From an uncultured archaeon (GTDB lineage Archaea > Thermoproteota > Nitrososphaeria > Nitrososphaerales > Gagatemarchaeaceae), in assembly GCA_963799775.1 (NCBI GenBank), contig CAWCYD010000003.1, positions 1,280,001 to 1,344,000 on the forward strand: a stretch of DNA of 64,000 nucleotides, written 5' to 3'. Numbering within the stretch: the stretch's first letter is position 1; every line of letters begins with the position of its first letter. Shown in pieces: positions 39,990 to 51,750 of the stretch. The notes under the pieces were generated by a model that saw only the letters and a list, made by a program, of their open reading frames with translations, was not told the origin of the DNA and searched no databases. Made by a program: the position numbers and the translations under genes.

Positions 39990-41748
39990 TCAGCTGACCT
40001 CTCCTGCCTTGGCCGAGGGCGACGAGAGAGAGCGGAAGGTCTCATTGTGAAGCTCCAAGTTGCGTTCCCTGTCAGAGACCATGAACTCGATTATTCGGAG
40101 CCCGCTCCCCTTGGCCGAGGACGCGAACGCCCGGCCGAACGAGTCCCAGTCCGTGACTCTCTCGAAGTTTCCGCCGTAGACGAGCCTCACTCCTGAGAAG
40201 TCGAGGTCGTGCGCCTCTCCGAAGAGCCGCTCGAAGAGGTCCTTTGGCATGGAGTGCTGTGGGAGGAAGGAGAAGATCCCGCCGCCTCTGTTGTTGACGA
40301 TGATGATCGTGGCATTGAGCTTGTAGAGCCTCGAAGCCAGGAGGCCGTTCATGTCATGGTAGAAGGAGACGTCACCCAGTATCAACATGGACCTCGCCTT
40401 CGGAGGCCGAGATTCCCATCGCCGTGGATACGACGCCGTCGATTCCGTTGGCACCTCTGTTTGCGACGAACCTGATGTTCTCGCTCCCGCGGGAGAAGAA
40501 GTACTCGAGGTCGCGCACAGGCATGCTGTTGCCTACGACGACGGTGAGAGGCTTCGAAGGCGCCAGACTCGTCGAGAGTGTCTGGAAGAGCTTCCCTTCG
40601 AACGGCTCGTCCGTCTTCTCCATCATGGTTTCCATGGATGCTTCGGCGTCGGCGTCAGCTCGCAGCCACATCTTCAGCCAGTCCGCGTCTCTTCGCGCCT
40701 TGTCTTCGAGCTCGCGGTTCATGACGGCGACAGTGTGGTCTAGCTCGCCGAAGATCATGGTGGACGCCCCGAACTCCGGGTCCCTCCACCCGTTTCCATC
40801 GTCAAGGAGGATCGTCTCCGAGGCCTTGCAGAAAGAGTTCAGTTCCTTGGAGGTGGGGACGCCGCCGAGACGGATGATGCAGTCGGGCCGGTTGGCCTTG
40901 AAGTCTTGGTTGCGAACGAGTAGCTCGTAGCTTCTGACGAGGCAAGATTCGAGGCTGCGGTCCTGCCTCAGGTTCGAGAGGACGTCGGCGAGGATCGGCC
41001 ATCCGAGCCTCTCAGAGAGCCTCTCGAGCCCTTTGCGTAGCGGTGCCCCGTACTCCCCGGGCCCTGCTATAACGACTCCTCTGGTGACAGTCCTCAGGCG
41101 CTTCGCGACACGACGGACCTGCTCGTCGTCGGCGATAGACGTTGCTGCCACGACGGTCACCTTGCCGCTCTTCCGCGTTTCGTCGCCTGATTCCGAGGAA
41201 GTCCCCGAGACGAGCGGCTCCCTAAAGGAGAAGTTGACGTGCACCGGGCCGCCCGGACTCAGTCTGGCCTCGTATGAGGCCCTGGCGCCGACCCTGCGCG
41301 AATAGCGAAGAAGGTCCTCCAAGTCGGCGGCGACGGGCATGTCTTGGAACCACTTCACGTGAGAGCTGAAGAGGCCGACCTGGTCGATGGTCTGAGCGCC
41401 GCCAAAGTCACGTGACTCTGGGGGTCGGTCGGCCGTCACCACGACCATGGGGACCCGTCCGAGGCTGGCTTCAGCGACCGCGGGGAGGAGGTTTGCGGCC
41501 GCCGTCCCCGATGTGCACACGAGCGCTACAGGAGACGAGGAGCTCTTCGCTATCCCGAGGGCGAAGAAGCCAGCCGACCTCTCGTCGTATAGGGCCCATT
41601 GCCGGACATCCCCCGCCCTCTTTGCGAAGGCGATCGCGAGCGGCGTCGACCTCGACCCCGGGCAGATCACGACGTGCGTTATTCCTCCGTCTATGAGCCC
41701 GTCTACGAAGGATTGGGCGTACGATGCGAAGTCGGTCGTCCCGGTCAC
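39990..41748 (-). CDS. menD: SEPHCHC synthase (frameshift ~40388)
   Basis: CPGSRSTPL, DERSAGFFALG, TSGTAAAN, TADRP, NSMPVRD, NRGANGIDG, GD.SFYHD.NGL. Confidence 0.95.
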
Positions 41749-43241
41749 CCTCCACCTTCGGCGAGCACGTTTTCGTCGATGCCAAGCGCCAGGCCCATCG
41801 TCCCGAGCTTCAAGCTAGTCTCCTCGAACTCTTCCGGGGGCAGGGAGCCGGCCACGAGGCCTGCCCCAGCGTAGATCATCGCGCGCTTGCCTTTGATGAC
41901 CCCCGACCTGATCGCGACGACCAGGTCCGCTTCGTCCAGCCCGGGACTCAGGATGCCTACGACGCCAGAGTACCATCCCCTGTCGAGCTTCTCCGATCTT
42001 CGGATCCAGCTGACCGCCTTCTCCTTCGGCTCTCCTCCGATGGCTGGGTTCGGCCAGAGCGCGAGCGCGGCGTCCCACGCGTCATTCTCATCGAGCAGCT
42101 TCGCCCTCACGGGCGTGTGGAGGTGCTGGATCGTTGTGAGCTTCTTCAGGACCGGTTTGCTGGGAACTTCCATGCTAGAGCTGATGGGAGACAGGGCCCG
42201 GACCGCCGCCTTGACGACGAACTCATGCTCCCTCCTGGACTTCGAGTCGCCGAGCATGAGCGTGCCGAGGCTCTCGTCTGCCGCTGTGTTCTTGCTCCTC
42301 CGAGAAGAGGCCGCAAGGCAATCGACCTCGACGTCCCCATTCTTCGCCGACAAGAGGCTCTCCGGGGTGGCTCCGAGGAAGACCGAGCCCTTCACCTTGA
42401 CGGCGAAGATCGTAGAATCCGGGTTGAACGCGATCAGCCTCTTGATGACGACGGCCGCGGGGATCCTTCCCCGGAAGGTCAGGTCGACGGCGCGCGCCAG
42501 CACGACCTTCTTCAGCTCAGCGTTTGAGATCGAGTCGAGCGCCTCGCCGGCCAGCGACAGCCAGGCCTTGCGAGACGGGATGCTTCGGGCGTTCTCCAGC
42601 TTTGGGACACGTCCTATTTCGGCTTCGTGAGCTTCCGGCTCGACCCTCGCGTCGGGCTCGAGGGTCTCGGCCAGGGACCGATAGGACCGGCGTAGCTTCG
42701 CCAGGTCGGAGGAGGGCGTGAGCCGAGCGGCCAACGTGAGTAAGGTCTTCTCGCCTTCGAGTTTGAGGACAAGCGCCGGTATTGCCCAGCGGGAAGAGGG
42801 AAAGTCCCGCCAGATTCCTGCCCTCCTTCTGTTCTCTATGGGCGGGAAACCCCAGCCCCCGACTATCATGACCTTGGACGAGTCCGGCGTCGAGAAGGCT
42901 TCCGCCTCGGGGAGGGCCCGCTCGCTCCGCCGGCCGGCCCGACGCGAAGCGCTCGGATTGAAGGCCTTTGCGACGCCTAGGCCTAGCGCGACGTGGTCCC
43001 GGCCGACCAAAAGGAACGCGTCTTCGATGGGGGAGTCGAACGCGCCGAGGGGCAAGCCCGCGTGCAGCTCAATGGATGTCGCGAAGAGAATCGGCGCCGC
43101 GCCTCTCTTCGCCTCTGAGAGGCCCTCTGAGAGCGACCGGTCGACCCAGTCTTCCAAGATAGAACGTGGACGAGGCTCGGCGAACGACAGGGAGGAATTT
43201 CGATGGTCAGGCACGCCCGTCCATTTCCTTGCGATTACCAC
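41745..43241 (-). CDS. menF: Isochorismate synthase
   Basis: KKVVLAR, F.GATPE.L, K...EH.FV, IQHL.T, P.PAIGG.P, RGWYSG, AIRS, AGAG.V.GS. Confidence 0.92.
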   Translation of the reverse strand: MVIARKWTGVPDHRNSSLSFAEPRPRSILEDWVDRSLSEGLSEAKRGAAPILFATSIELHAGLPLGAFDSPIEDAFLLVGRDHVALGLGVAKAFNPSASRRAGRRSERALPEAEAFSTPDSSKVMIVGGWGFPPIENRRRAGIWRDFPSSRWAIPALVLKLEGEKTLLTLAARLTPSSDLAKLRRSYRSLAETLEPDARVEPEAHEAEIGRVPKLENARSIPSRKAWLSLAGEALDSISNAELKKVVLARAVDLTFRGRIPAAVVIKRLIAFNPDSTIFAVKVKGSVFLGATPESLLSAKNGDVEVDCLAASSRRSKNTAADESLGTLMLGDSKSRREHEFVVKAAVRALSPISSSMEVPSKPVLKKLTTIQHLHTPVRAKLLDENDAWDAALALWPNPAIGGEPKEKAVSWIRRSEKLDRGWYSGVVGILSPGLDEADLVVAIRSGVIKGKRAMIYAGAGLVAGSLPPEEFEETSLKLGTMGLALGIDENVLAEGGG

Positions 43242-43314
43242 GGCGAAGTGGTATTAATGGTTTGCAAAATCCGACTCAAACGTTAAAGGCGGCGCAGGCA
43301 TCCCGGCCCTTGGG

Positions 43315-44406
43315 TTGAGCTTCAGGGTCAGCCTTGTGAGGATCCCCCTCCTGTCGGTTTTTTCCAGCAGCAGGGGTTCGGTCGCTGCGAGGAGTGCCCT
43401 CATCCTTCAGCTCTCTCAGGACGGCGTCGAGGCATTCTCAGAGTGCGTGACCGAGAAGGAGGTCTCCAGCACGGGTGAGGACAACGCCTCGGCGCTGCGG
43501 CTGATAAGAAAGGTGCTGGGAGGAAAGATCCGCGGCCATCCTCCTAGCCCCACGGTCTTCCTGCAGGTGGCCAAGCGGGTGAGAGGAAACCCGATGGCAA
43601 AAGCCGCCGTCGAGATGCTGCTGTGGGACTACGAGGCCAAGGCTGCAGGAAGGCCCCTCGACGAGGTGCTGGGAGACTCTAGGGGATACGCGGATGCCGG
43701 GATTGCCTTGGGACTGGTCCCGGTTGGTGAGCTGATCACGCGGATTGATGAAGCGTTGGGCCGAGGCTACCGGCGGATCAAGGTGAAGATCGACAGGAAA
43801 AGCGCGCTGGAGAGGCTAGGGCAGATTAGAGACTCGTTCCCAGAAATCCGTCTCAGCGCCGACGCGAACGGCTGTTTCACGCTCAGGAGGGACATCGCGA
43901 CCTTGAAGCGAATCGACAAGTTCGACCTTCAATATCTCGAGCAGCCCCTGGCACCCCCGGGCCTGTTTGGCCACTCCAAGCTAGCGGAGAAGGTCTCGAC
44001 TCCGATCTGCCTTGACGAGTCGGTCACGACTCTAGAAAGCGCAGAGGAGGCCATCGGCTTGGGGGCGGCCCGGGTGATCAACATCAAGCCCGGCAGGGTC
44101 GGAGGGCTGCACGTGGCGATGGACATCACGCGGATTGCCAGGGAGGCTGGGGTCAACGTATGGGTGGGAGGGATGTTGGAAACGGGTGTCGGGAGGGCGT
44201 TCAACGTCGCCCTCGCTTCCCAGAGGCAAGTCGACCTTCCGGGGGACACCTCACCCAACGACCGCTATTTCGAGCGGGATATCGTGAAGAACCCCTTCGC
44301 CATGAGAGACGGACGGGTCAAGCCCAACCAGGGGCCTGGCATCGGGGTCAAGATGGACGGCGAGTTCCTGAGGACCGTGACGGTGGGGAGCTGGAAGGTC
44401 TTCTGA
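43315..44406 (+). CDS. menC: o-succinylbenzoate synthase (OSBS/NAAAR type)
   Basis: RIKVKI, DAN, EQP, DES, NIKPGRVGG, GGMLETGVGR, PGD.S...RYF..DI; divergent from menF. Confidence 0.88.
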   Translation: MSFRVSLVRIPLLSVFSSSRGSVAARSALILQLSQDGVEAFSECVTEKEVSSTGEDNASALRLIRKVLGGKIRGHPPSPTVFLQVAKRVRGNPMAKAAVEMLLWDYEAKAAGRPLDEVLGDSRGYADAGIALGLVPVGELITRIDEALGRGYRRIKVKIDRKSALERLGQIRDSFPEIRLSADANGCFTLRRDIATLKRIDKFDLQYLEQPLAPPGLFGHSKLAEKVSTPICLDESVTTLESAEEAIGLGAARVINIKPGRVGGLHVAMDITRIAREAGVNVWVGGMLETGVGRAFNVALASQRQVDLPGDTSPNDRYFERDIVKNPFAMRDGRVKPNQGPGIGVKMDGEFLRTVTVGSWKVF

Positions 44407-44488
44407 GCCGACCTCGGGTCGGCGGGCGAAGGCGAGGATGTAAGAGCCGGCCGGCACTTTACGCGCGTTACCCGTGTCCGCCGACGGG

Positions 44489-45342
44489 CTAGGCCTTTGA
44501 GATGAACTTCATGACCTCGGAGTTGAACTCGGACGGGTTCTCCATGTGGGGGAAGTGCCTCGACTTGCTTATAGTCGAAGCCTCGCTATGAGGGATTGCC
44601 TTAGCTGCCAGCTCTCCGACCTTCCTGAGCCACGCGGCCGTGTCCCACCCGTTGACCACGAGGGTGCGTCGCTGGATCTTCTTTGCTCCCTGCTTGAAAG
44701 GCGGGAGCGTCGTCCGGAGCTCGGCGATCGTCCTAGCGTTATCCAGCATTATCCCTTGTCTCTCCTTTGGCAGCTCGGCGAACGCGCCCACCTTGTTCTG
44801 GACCCCGTCCACGTTGAGCTGGACCGCCTTCTGGAGCTGACCGGCGTCCAACGCCTTGAGTGAGGGGCCGAGGACCCGACCTGGAAGCGCCTCGCGGAGA
44901 GGGCCACGCCGGGGTTGCTGACGAGGAGCGAGAAGAGTTGACCCGAGCTGTTGGGGCCCTCGATGAGGAGCGTGGCGATGGCCGGTTCGACCAGGACAAG
45001 GGAGCGTACGAGCTCGGGGTGGTCGGCTGTCAGGTAGGCTGCGACGAATCCTCCGTAGGAGTGTCCCACAAGGTGGACGGGCGCTATCCCGAGCTTCTCA
45101 ATCAGGCCCTTTAGGTCGGTCGCGTTAGCCTCTATTGTGCTGTCGCTCACGTCCCCCTGCCTCTGGTTGGGGAAGGCGTACCTCCTGCTGTAAGTCACGG
45201 TCGTGTAGCTCTTTGAGAATTCCCCGACCTGCGCCTCCCACGCCCGGTAGTCCGTCGGGATGCCGTGAGAGAACACGATCGGCGTACCCTGCCCGGAGCG
45301 CTCGTAGTAGAGCGAGACGCCTGCCACGTCCAAGCTCGGCAT
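44489..45342 (-). CDS. Alpha/beta hydrolase (frameshift ~44875)
   Basis: HG, GHSYGG, H.PH.ENP..FN. Confidence 0.88.
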
Positions 45343-45445
45343 TCTCAAAACTGCCGTCCAGCCATCTATAAGCAGTTCGGAGAGATTGAGCGAAGCTGCG
45401 CGCTCCGCATCGTTTTAATGAAACCCGCGCTTTCAAGCGCGGGCC

Positions 45446-46189
45446 TTGCCGGACAAGATGATCGAGATAGCGAACCTTTCGAAGGCCTACGGGAAGGTCC
45501 TCGCTCTCCACAACGTCTCGCTCGAGGTCGCGTCGGGAGAGATCCTGGGCCTTCTGGGCCCGAACGGCGCGGGCAAGAGCACCCTCATGAAGATAGTCGT
45601 CGGGATACTCCGGCCGACCAGCGGCTACGTCAAGGTGGGCGGGAACGACATCGCGAAGGAGCCGGAGGCGGCGAAGCGGAACGTGGGGTACCTGCCGGAG
45701 AACCCTTCGCTCTACACCGGGCTCACAGTCAGCGAGTTCCTGCGTTTTCTCGGGAAGATAAGGGACGTCCCCGACGGCATCCTGCAGGACAAGATCTCAG
45801 AGGCGCTCATGACTTTCTCCCTCGAGGAGAAGACGAACGCCCTTCTCGGCACGCTGTCAAAGGGCATGAAACAGAAGGTCGCCCTCATCGCGGCGACGCT
45901 CCACGACCCCAAGGTCCTTGTGCTCGACGAGCCGATCACTGCGCTCGACCCAAAGTCGCAGGTCTTCGTCAACAGCTGGATCGCCTCGCAGGGGAAGAAG
46001 GGGACAACCGTCCTCCTCTCTACCCACAACCTCGAGATCGCCCAGGACCACGCGACGAGGATAGCGATAATCGACAGAGGGAACATCATAGCGCTCGGAG
46101 CCCTCGATAGCCTCAGGAGGATGGCCGATGCGGGCAAGGATGCACGGCTTGACGAGGTCTTCCTCAAGCTCACGGCAGAGACGTCGTGA
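45446..46189 (+). CDS. ABC transporter ATP-binding protein
   Basis: GPNGAGKST, LSKGMKQK, LDEP, STH. Confidence 0.95.
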   Translation: MPDKMIEIANLSKAYGKVLALHNVSLEVASGEILGLLGPNGAGKSTLMKIVVGILRPTSGYVKVGGNDIAKEPEAAKRNVGYLPENPSLYTGLTVSEFLRFLGKIRDVPDGILQDKISEALMTFSLEEKTNALLGTLSKGMKQKVALIAATLHDPKVLVLDEPITALDPKSQVFVNSWIASQGKKGTTVLLSTHNLEIAQDHATRIAIIDRGNIIALGALDSLRRMADAGKDARLDEVFLKLTAETS

Positions 46190-47821
46190 CCAAGGAGCCG
46201 CGCAAGACTTGGACAGCCTCGTCGCCGTCTCGACCCTCGTCCGCTACTGGATGAAGGGGAGGTTCACGCGGGCGATGGCCGCTTGGATGCTCATCGGCGA
46301 GAGCTTCGGCGTAATCATGGTCCTGTTCGTCGGCGGGACGTTCCTCTCGTTCTCCTCGAAGTTCAGTCTGGGCGGGAGCATCTCGGACGCTAGCCTGAGC
46401 ATCCTCTTCGCCCTCTTCCTCGTCGGGCTCATCCAGAGCGGGTTCAACGGGAGCGGCCTCCCCGTCTCTTCGGCCGACGTCGACTACGTCTTCACCTCCC
46501 CTGTCAGGCCCAGCCAGGTCTTCGCCGCGAAGGTTCCTGATGAACTCTGTCACCACCGTGCTCCTCTCGTTCCCCCCGATACTGGCCCTCTACCTCAGGT
46601 TCGCAGAGTCCTACGGCACGGCGGCAGGGTCGGCGTTCCTCGCAGGCGGGGTCACGCTAGCATTCTTCGTGATGGGTCTCTTCCTCAGCGCGGACATCAC
46701 CCTCTCCCTGAACTCTCGTGCGGGCTCCCGGGTCAGGCTCCTCAGGAACGTCTTGATGGGCGCGGTGATAGTCGTCTCGCTCACCCCGCTGACGCTCCTT
46801 ATCCCTAGCGCGCCTCCCATCCTCGGCGAGATAGTCGACGTCCTCCCGAACGGGCTCGCCGCCCAGGTGAGCTTCACCCTCGTGAGCGGTCTCGGGTGGA
46901 CCTTCGCGAACCTGCTCGAGCTCCTCGGGCTTGCTGCCTGGTTCGTCTGCCTCCTCGGCATCGGGATAAGGCTGTCAAGGGGGCAGTTCTACGAGGCCCT
47001 CAGGCTGGGCGACGAGGATGGAGGGATGGGCGACCCGCTGCAGGAGCAGTCCCCGACCTCCCCGAAGCTGGAGACGGCCGGGAGGTCCGTCTGGGGCGTC
47101 GTGAGGGCGAAGGAGAGGCTCATGATGAGCAGGACCAAGGAGATGCGGAGCATGCTCATCAACACGTTCTTCCTCGCGGGGTTCATGGTGATCTACAGCC
47201 TCTCGGGGGTCTTCCAGTCATCCCCCACCTCCTTCCTGTTCATCCTCTTCATCATAGGGTCACTTCGGCTCGGGGAGCGCGGCCAGGTGGCTCGAGAAGG
47301 AGAGGCTCTGGATAATCAAGACCTCGTCCCTGGAACTTACCAGATATGTCAGAGAGGCTTATCGGGCACGGGTGACACCGCTGCTGTTGTTGCTGACGCC
47401 TGTCGCCGCGGCTGTCGGCGCCCCCCTGATACTGGGGGACTTGCAGCGGCCCACCTCTCTGCTGCCTATCGCTCTCTCGCTCCCGGGGGCGCTCGTGGTC
47501 GCGGCGATAATGATGGCGGGCGGGATGTACTTCGCCGCGAAGTTCGGGCAGAGCACATCTGACGACCTGCTCCTCGCGCAGGGGCAGGGCCTGACCGACG
47601 TGAAGAGGTTCCTCTACCAGACCGTGAACAACCTCGTCATGGTCGCCCCTGTGATGGGCCTGGTGCTCGCTTCGGGGCCTTTGGTCGGCGCCCTTGGAAT
47701 TGGCTCCCTCCCGATTCTCGGGTTGGGCCTGCTCACGGTCGAGCTCGCCTACTGCGTCTTCATCCTGAACTACCTCCTCTCGGCCGCGGGACGCTCGCTG
47801 CGCGAGAGAGAGGATATCTGA
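46186..47821 (+). CDS. Putative ABC exporter permease (frameshifts ~46535 and ~47270)
   Basis: GTGA overlap with the ATPase; multi-TM; D.DY.FTSP motif. Confidence 0.75.
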
Positions 47822-47842
47822 GCCCGGGATCTGTCGAGTTCT

Positions 47843-50012
47843 TCAGCCGATGCCGTGCCTTGGTCGGCCGCCCTCTGTGGTAGAAGACTTCTTCACGTCC
47901 TTGATGGCTTCCTCAAAGTCCTTCATCGTTATCGTGAGGTCGGCTGCGTCGCTGTCCGCCGCTTTGGCGTGAGACTTTACGTATTGCTTGATGGCGGCGA
48001 TCGAAGCGGCGTTTGCCACGGCGGCGAGCTCCGCCCCGGTGTCGCCTTCTGTTAGCTCGGCGAGCTTGGCTAGGTCCACGTCCTTAGCGAGCGGCTTCTT
48101 CTTCGTGTGGATCTTGAGGATCTCGATGCGCCCCTGCTTGTCGGGAGGAGGGATCCTGAGGATCCTGTCGAACCTGCCGGGACGGAGGAGGGCCTCGTCT
48201 ATGATGTCGGGCCTGTTGGTGGCGCCAAGGACCACGACGCCCTTGAGCTCCTCCAGCCCGTCCATCTCCGTGAGTAGCTGGCTCACCACCCGCTCGGTGA
48301 CCTGGCTGTCGGTCTCGCCCGAAGTGCGCCTGGGCGCTATGGCGTCGATCTCGTCGAAGAAGATGACGCAGGGGGCCGCGGCTCGGGCCTTCCTGAAGAT
48401 CTCCCTCACGCCCTTCTCAGACTCGCCGACCCACTTTGAGATGAGCTCCGGTCCCTTGATGCTGATGAAGTTCGCCTCGCTCTCGTTTGCCACGGCCTTT
48501 GCGATCAGCGTCTTCCCTGTTCCCGGAGGGCCGTAGAGCAAGATCCCCTTCGGAGGCTTGACGTCGCCCTTCTGGAAGAGCTTGCCGTACTTGAGGGGCC
48601 ACTCGACCGCCTCGGCGAGCTCCTCCTTGACGCTCGTCAGGCCGCCTATGTCGTCCCACTTTACGTTGGGGACCTGCACGAGCACCTCCCTCATCGCCGA
48701 CGGCTGGACGTCCCTCAGGGCGTCCTGGAAGTCCTGCATCTTCACCTTGATCTTGTTGAGCGTCTTGGGGGGAACCTTGGTCTCGTCCATGTTGATCTCC
48801 GGGAGCACCCTCCTCACCGCGAGCAGGGCCGCCTCCTTCACGAGGGCCTGGAGGTCCGCGCCCACGAACCCGTGGGTCACGCGGGCCATCTCGTCGAGCT
48901 TCACGTCGGTCTCCATGGGCATCCCTCGGGTGTGGATCTGGAGGATCTCGAGCCTGCTCTTCTCGTCCGGGATGCCCATCTCGATCTCCCTGTCGAACCT
49001 GCCCGGGCGCCTCAGGGCCGGGTCGAGCGCGTCGGGCCTGTTCGTTGCGGCTATCACTACCACCTTGCCGCGAGACTCGAGCCCGTCCATGAGGGTGAGG
49101 AGCTGCGAGACGATCCTCTTCTCCAGCTCGCCACTCACCTCTTCCCTCTTGGGGGCGATGGAGTCTATCTCGTCGATGAAGATGATGCTCGGGGCGTTTT
49201 CCGCCGCCTCCTTGAATATCCCTCTGAGCTTCTCCTCGGACTCGCCGTAGTATTTGCCCATTATCTCCGGGCCTGCGATCGAGTAGAAGTTCGCGTTCGT
49301 CTCGTTGGCGACTGCCTTCGCGAGGAGCGTCTTCCCCGTCCCCGGCGGGCCGTAGAGCAGGACGCCCTTCGGCGCCTCGACGCCCACGCGCTCGAAAATC
49401 TCGGGGTGCCTGAGGGGGAGCTCTATCATCTCGCGGATCTTCTGGATCTCCTTGGTGAGGCCCCCGAGGTCTTCGTAGGTGATGCGGGGACGCCCGGTGT
49501 TGAGGGGCTTGTGCATGGTCCCCAGGCGGAACCTCGTCTCGAGCGTGACGACGGCCGCGCCCGGCGGATTCGTCGAATCTACGATGAAGTCTATCTTCTT
49601 CCCCATTATGTTGAGAGGTAGCGAGTCGCCCTTCGTCATCACCTGGTTCTCGAGGACCATCCGGGAGGTACTCCTCGAGCCCCTCGATGTTGAGCTGCTC
49701 TGTCGGAGCGAGGACGATCTCCTGGGCCTCCTTCGCCTGAGCGGGGGCGATGGTCACCGTGTCGTCGATCCCGACGCCTATGTTGTTCCTCGTGTACCCG
49801 TCTATCCGGATGAGCCCCCTACCGTAGTCTTCGGGGTAACCCGTCCAGAGGACGGCATGGCTCTTCTTCCCCTTCCCCGTGATCTCGATGACGTCCCCGG
49901 CGGAGAGGCCCATCGACTCCATCACCTTAGGGTCCATGGCCGCTATCCCGTGGCCGACCAGCCTAGAGCTTGTCTCAGCGACCCGGAGACGCGGGTCTCT
50001 CCCTTTGTCCAT
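47843..50012 (-). CDS. cdc48: CDC48/VCP family AAA+ ATPase (frameshift ~49660)
   Basis: N-domain plus two AAA modules (GPPGTGKT x2, DEID, RPGRFDR). Confidence 0.95.
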
Positions 50013-50068
50013 GCGCGCATTTCCCTGCAAGGAAAGATAAAAACGCTAAGGACATTCTACGTTGCTCG

Positions 50069-50660
50069 ATGCGGACGACCTCTTCGAGGAAGGGGACGCT
50101 GGCGTTCGTGGTCCAGAAGCACAAGGCCACCTCCCTTCACTATGACTTTCGGCTGGAGGTCGGGGGAGTCATGCCCTCGTGGTCGATACCCAAAGGCCCG
50201 ACCCTGGACAGCAAGGTGAAGCGGCTCGCGATGCCCACCTCCGACCATGCCATGGACTACCGTCGTTTCGAGGGAGTGATCGGCAGGGGGCAGTATGGCG
50301 CCGGGCCGGTGATGGTCTGGGACGAGGGGACACTACAATCCCGAGCGGGAGGTGAGCAAGGGGGTCAGGGAAGAGGTGAGGAACAAGACCGAAGCGGAGG
50401 AGGTGGCGAGCAAGAGCCTGCGAGAAGGGAACCTGAAGTTCCGGCTCTATGGGAAGAAGCTGCAAGGCTCGTTCGCCCTTGTACGGACCAAGGGGTTCGG
50501 GGACAGCGACAGGGAGATGTGGCTCCTGATAAAGCACCGCGACGAGTTCTGCAAGGAGGGTTACGACGCCAATGACTACGTCTACTCCGCACTGAGCAAG
50601 AAGACGATGGCGCAGATCGCCTCGCAGGGAGAACTGGAATCAGGGTCGTCGTTTCGTTGA
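50069..50660 (+). CDS. Stand-alone LigD 3'-phosphoesterase domain (frameshift ~50332)
   Basis: [27 protein letters not shown]...Y..FEG.I...YGAG.V.VWD.G, WLLIK..D. Confidence 0.92.
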
Positions 50661-51053
50661 GGACGAGGGCTTGCCGCGCCTATTCTTGGGCGCGACGTGG
50701 CTCATGACGTAGAGCCCGGCGAAGAGCGCTATTGCTGCTGGGAGAGGCGGAGGGAATGGGGCTTTCTCGGGTTCTTGCGTCTTTGGGGAAGACTCTTCGG
50801 GTGCCGAGCCCAAGCTGGAAGGAGGCAGGAAGAATGAGAGGAAAACCGTAAGAGAGACCTGAACAGCGGAAGAGAGACATGAGCGAAGCGCGAATCAACC
50901 GCAGGAAAGGCAAACCTATGAGCCCAACGGAAGGAGACAACGCGAGAAGTGAGGCTCTCAAGGACGCCACACCCGATTCTGAGCCACCCTGGCGCATCAA
51001 GACGATGAAGGGAAAGAACCCCAAGGGCACTGCGGACGACGAATCTAGGTAGG

Positions 51054-51526
51054 CTACTTCAGCCCAAGGGCGTCGCTTAGGTCTATCTCGTGGTCCTGCT
51101 CTTGCCTGATTATGTCGCGCAGCGCCTCCGAGAGGGCGAACTCTCCCGCGGCCTCGGCTTGGCGGATCCTCTCCCGGTAGGACTTGATCGTCTCCTGTTC
51201 TGCCCTGAGGTCGATCTCCAGCATCTTCCTAGAGTCGTCTGAGAATTCCGCGGGCTTGCCTTTCACCGTCGGGACGCCTCCCAGGTAGTCTATCTGCCGC
51301 GCGACCTCAAGGGCGTGGCTCAGCTCTTGGCTGGCGTGTTGTTTCAGCTGCTCCGCGATGTCGCTGTACTGGGCGCCCTTCAGCGCGACGCTGAAGACCA
51401 CGTATTGGATGATCGCTTTGTACTCTCTTGCCAGGTTCATCATTTACGGCCCTTCACTATCTTCTCCCTTGCGGCAGATGAAGCCTTGGCCGCGTCAGCC
51501 GGATTGGAACCTTTCCCACGAGGCAT
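51054..51526 (-). CDS. Ferritin-like (bacterioferritin/Dps-like) protein (indels ~51445)
   Basis: LAREY.AIIQY, E..HA, I.YLGG.P, DL.AE...I..Y, I..E..H. Confidence 0.85.
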
Positions 51527-51631
51527 GAAGGAAAAGCGAATTCGACGACTTAAAAGAATTCCCGAACTTCTTGACAGTGTATTGATAATCAATCGAGAAA
51601 AAAAGGCCCTCGCGTTCAAATCGCGATGACT

Positions 51632-51733
51632 ATGAACAATTCTGAGTTGGAAGGCAAGAGGAAGAAGATGGAGGGTGCCGCTCGCGAGGAGATGGGAAAG
51701 ATGGGCCGAGTGGACACCCTACTCTTTCTCTGA
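51632..51733 (+). CDS. CsbD-like short or truncated peptide
   Basis: MNNSELEGKRKKMEGAAREEMGKMG resembles the CsbD N-terminus; only 33 aa. Confidence 0.35.
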   Translation: MNNSELEGKRKKMEGAAREEMGKMGRVDTLLFL

Positions 51734-51750
51734 ATTTTCCTCTACCGGGA

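Noticed and set aside
50680-51030. Hydrophobic 116-aa minus-strand ORF
   Set aside because: No family motif, and the frames look scrambled; cannot support a call.
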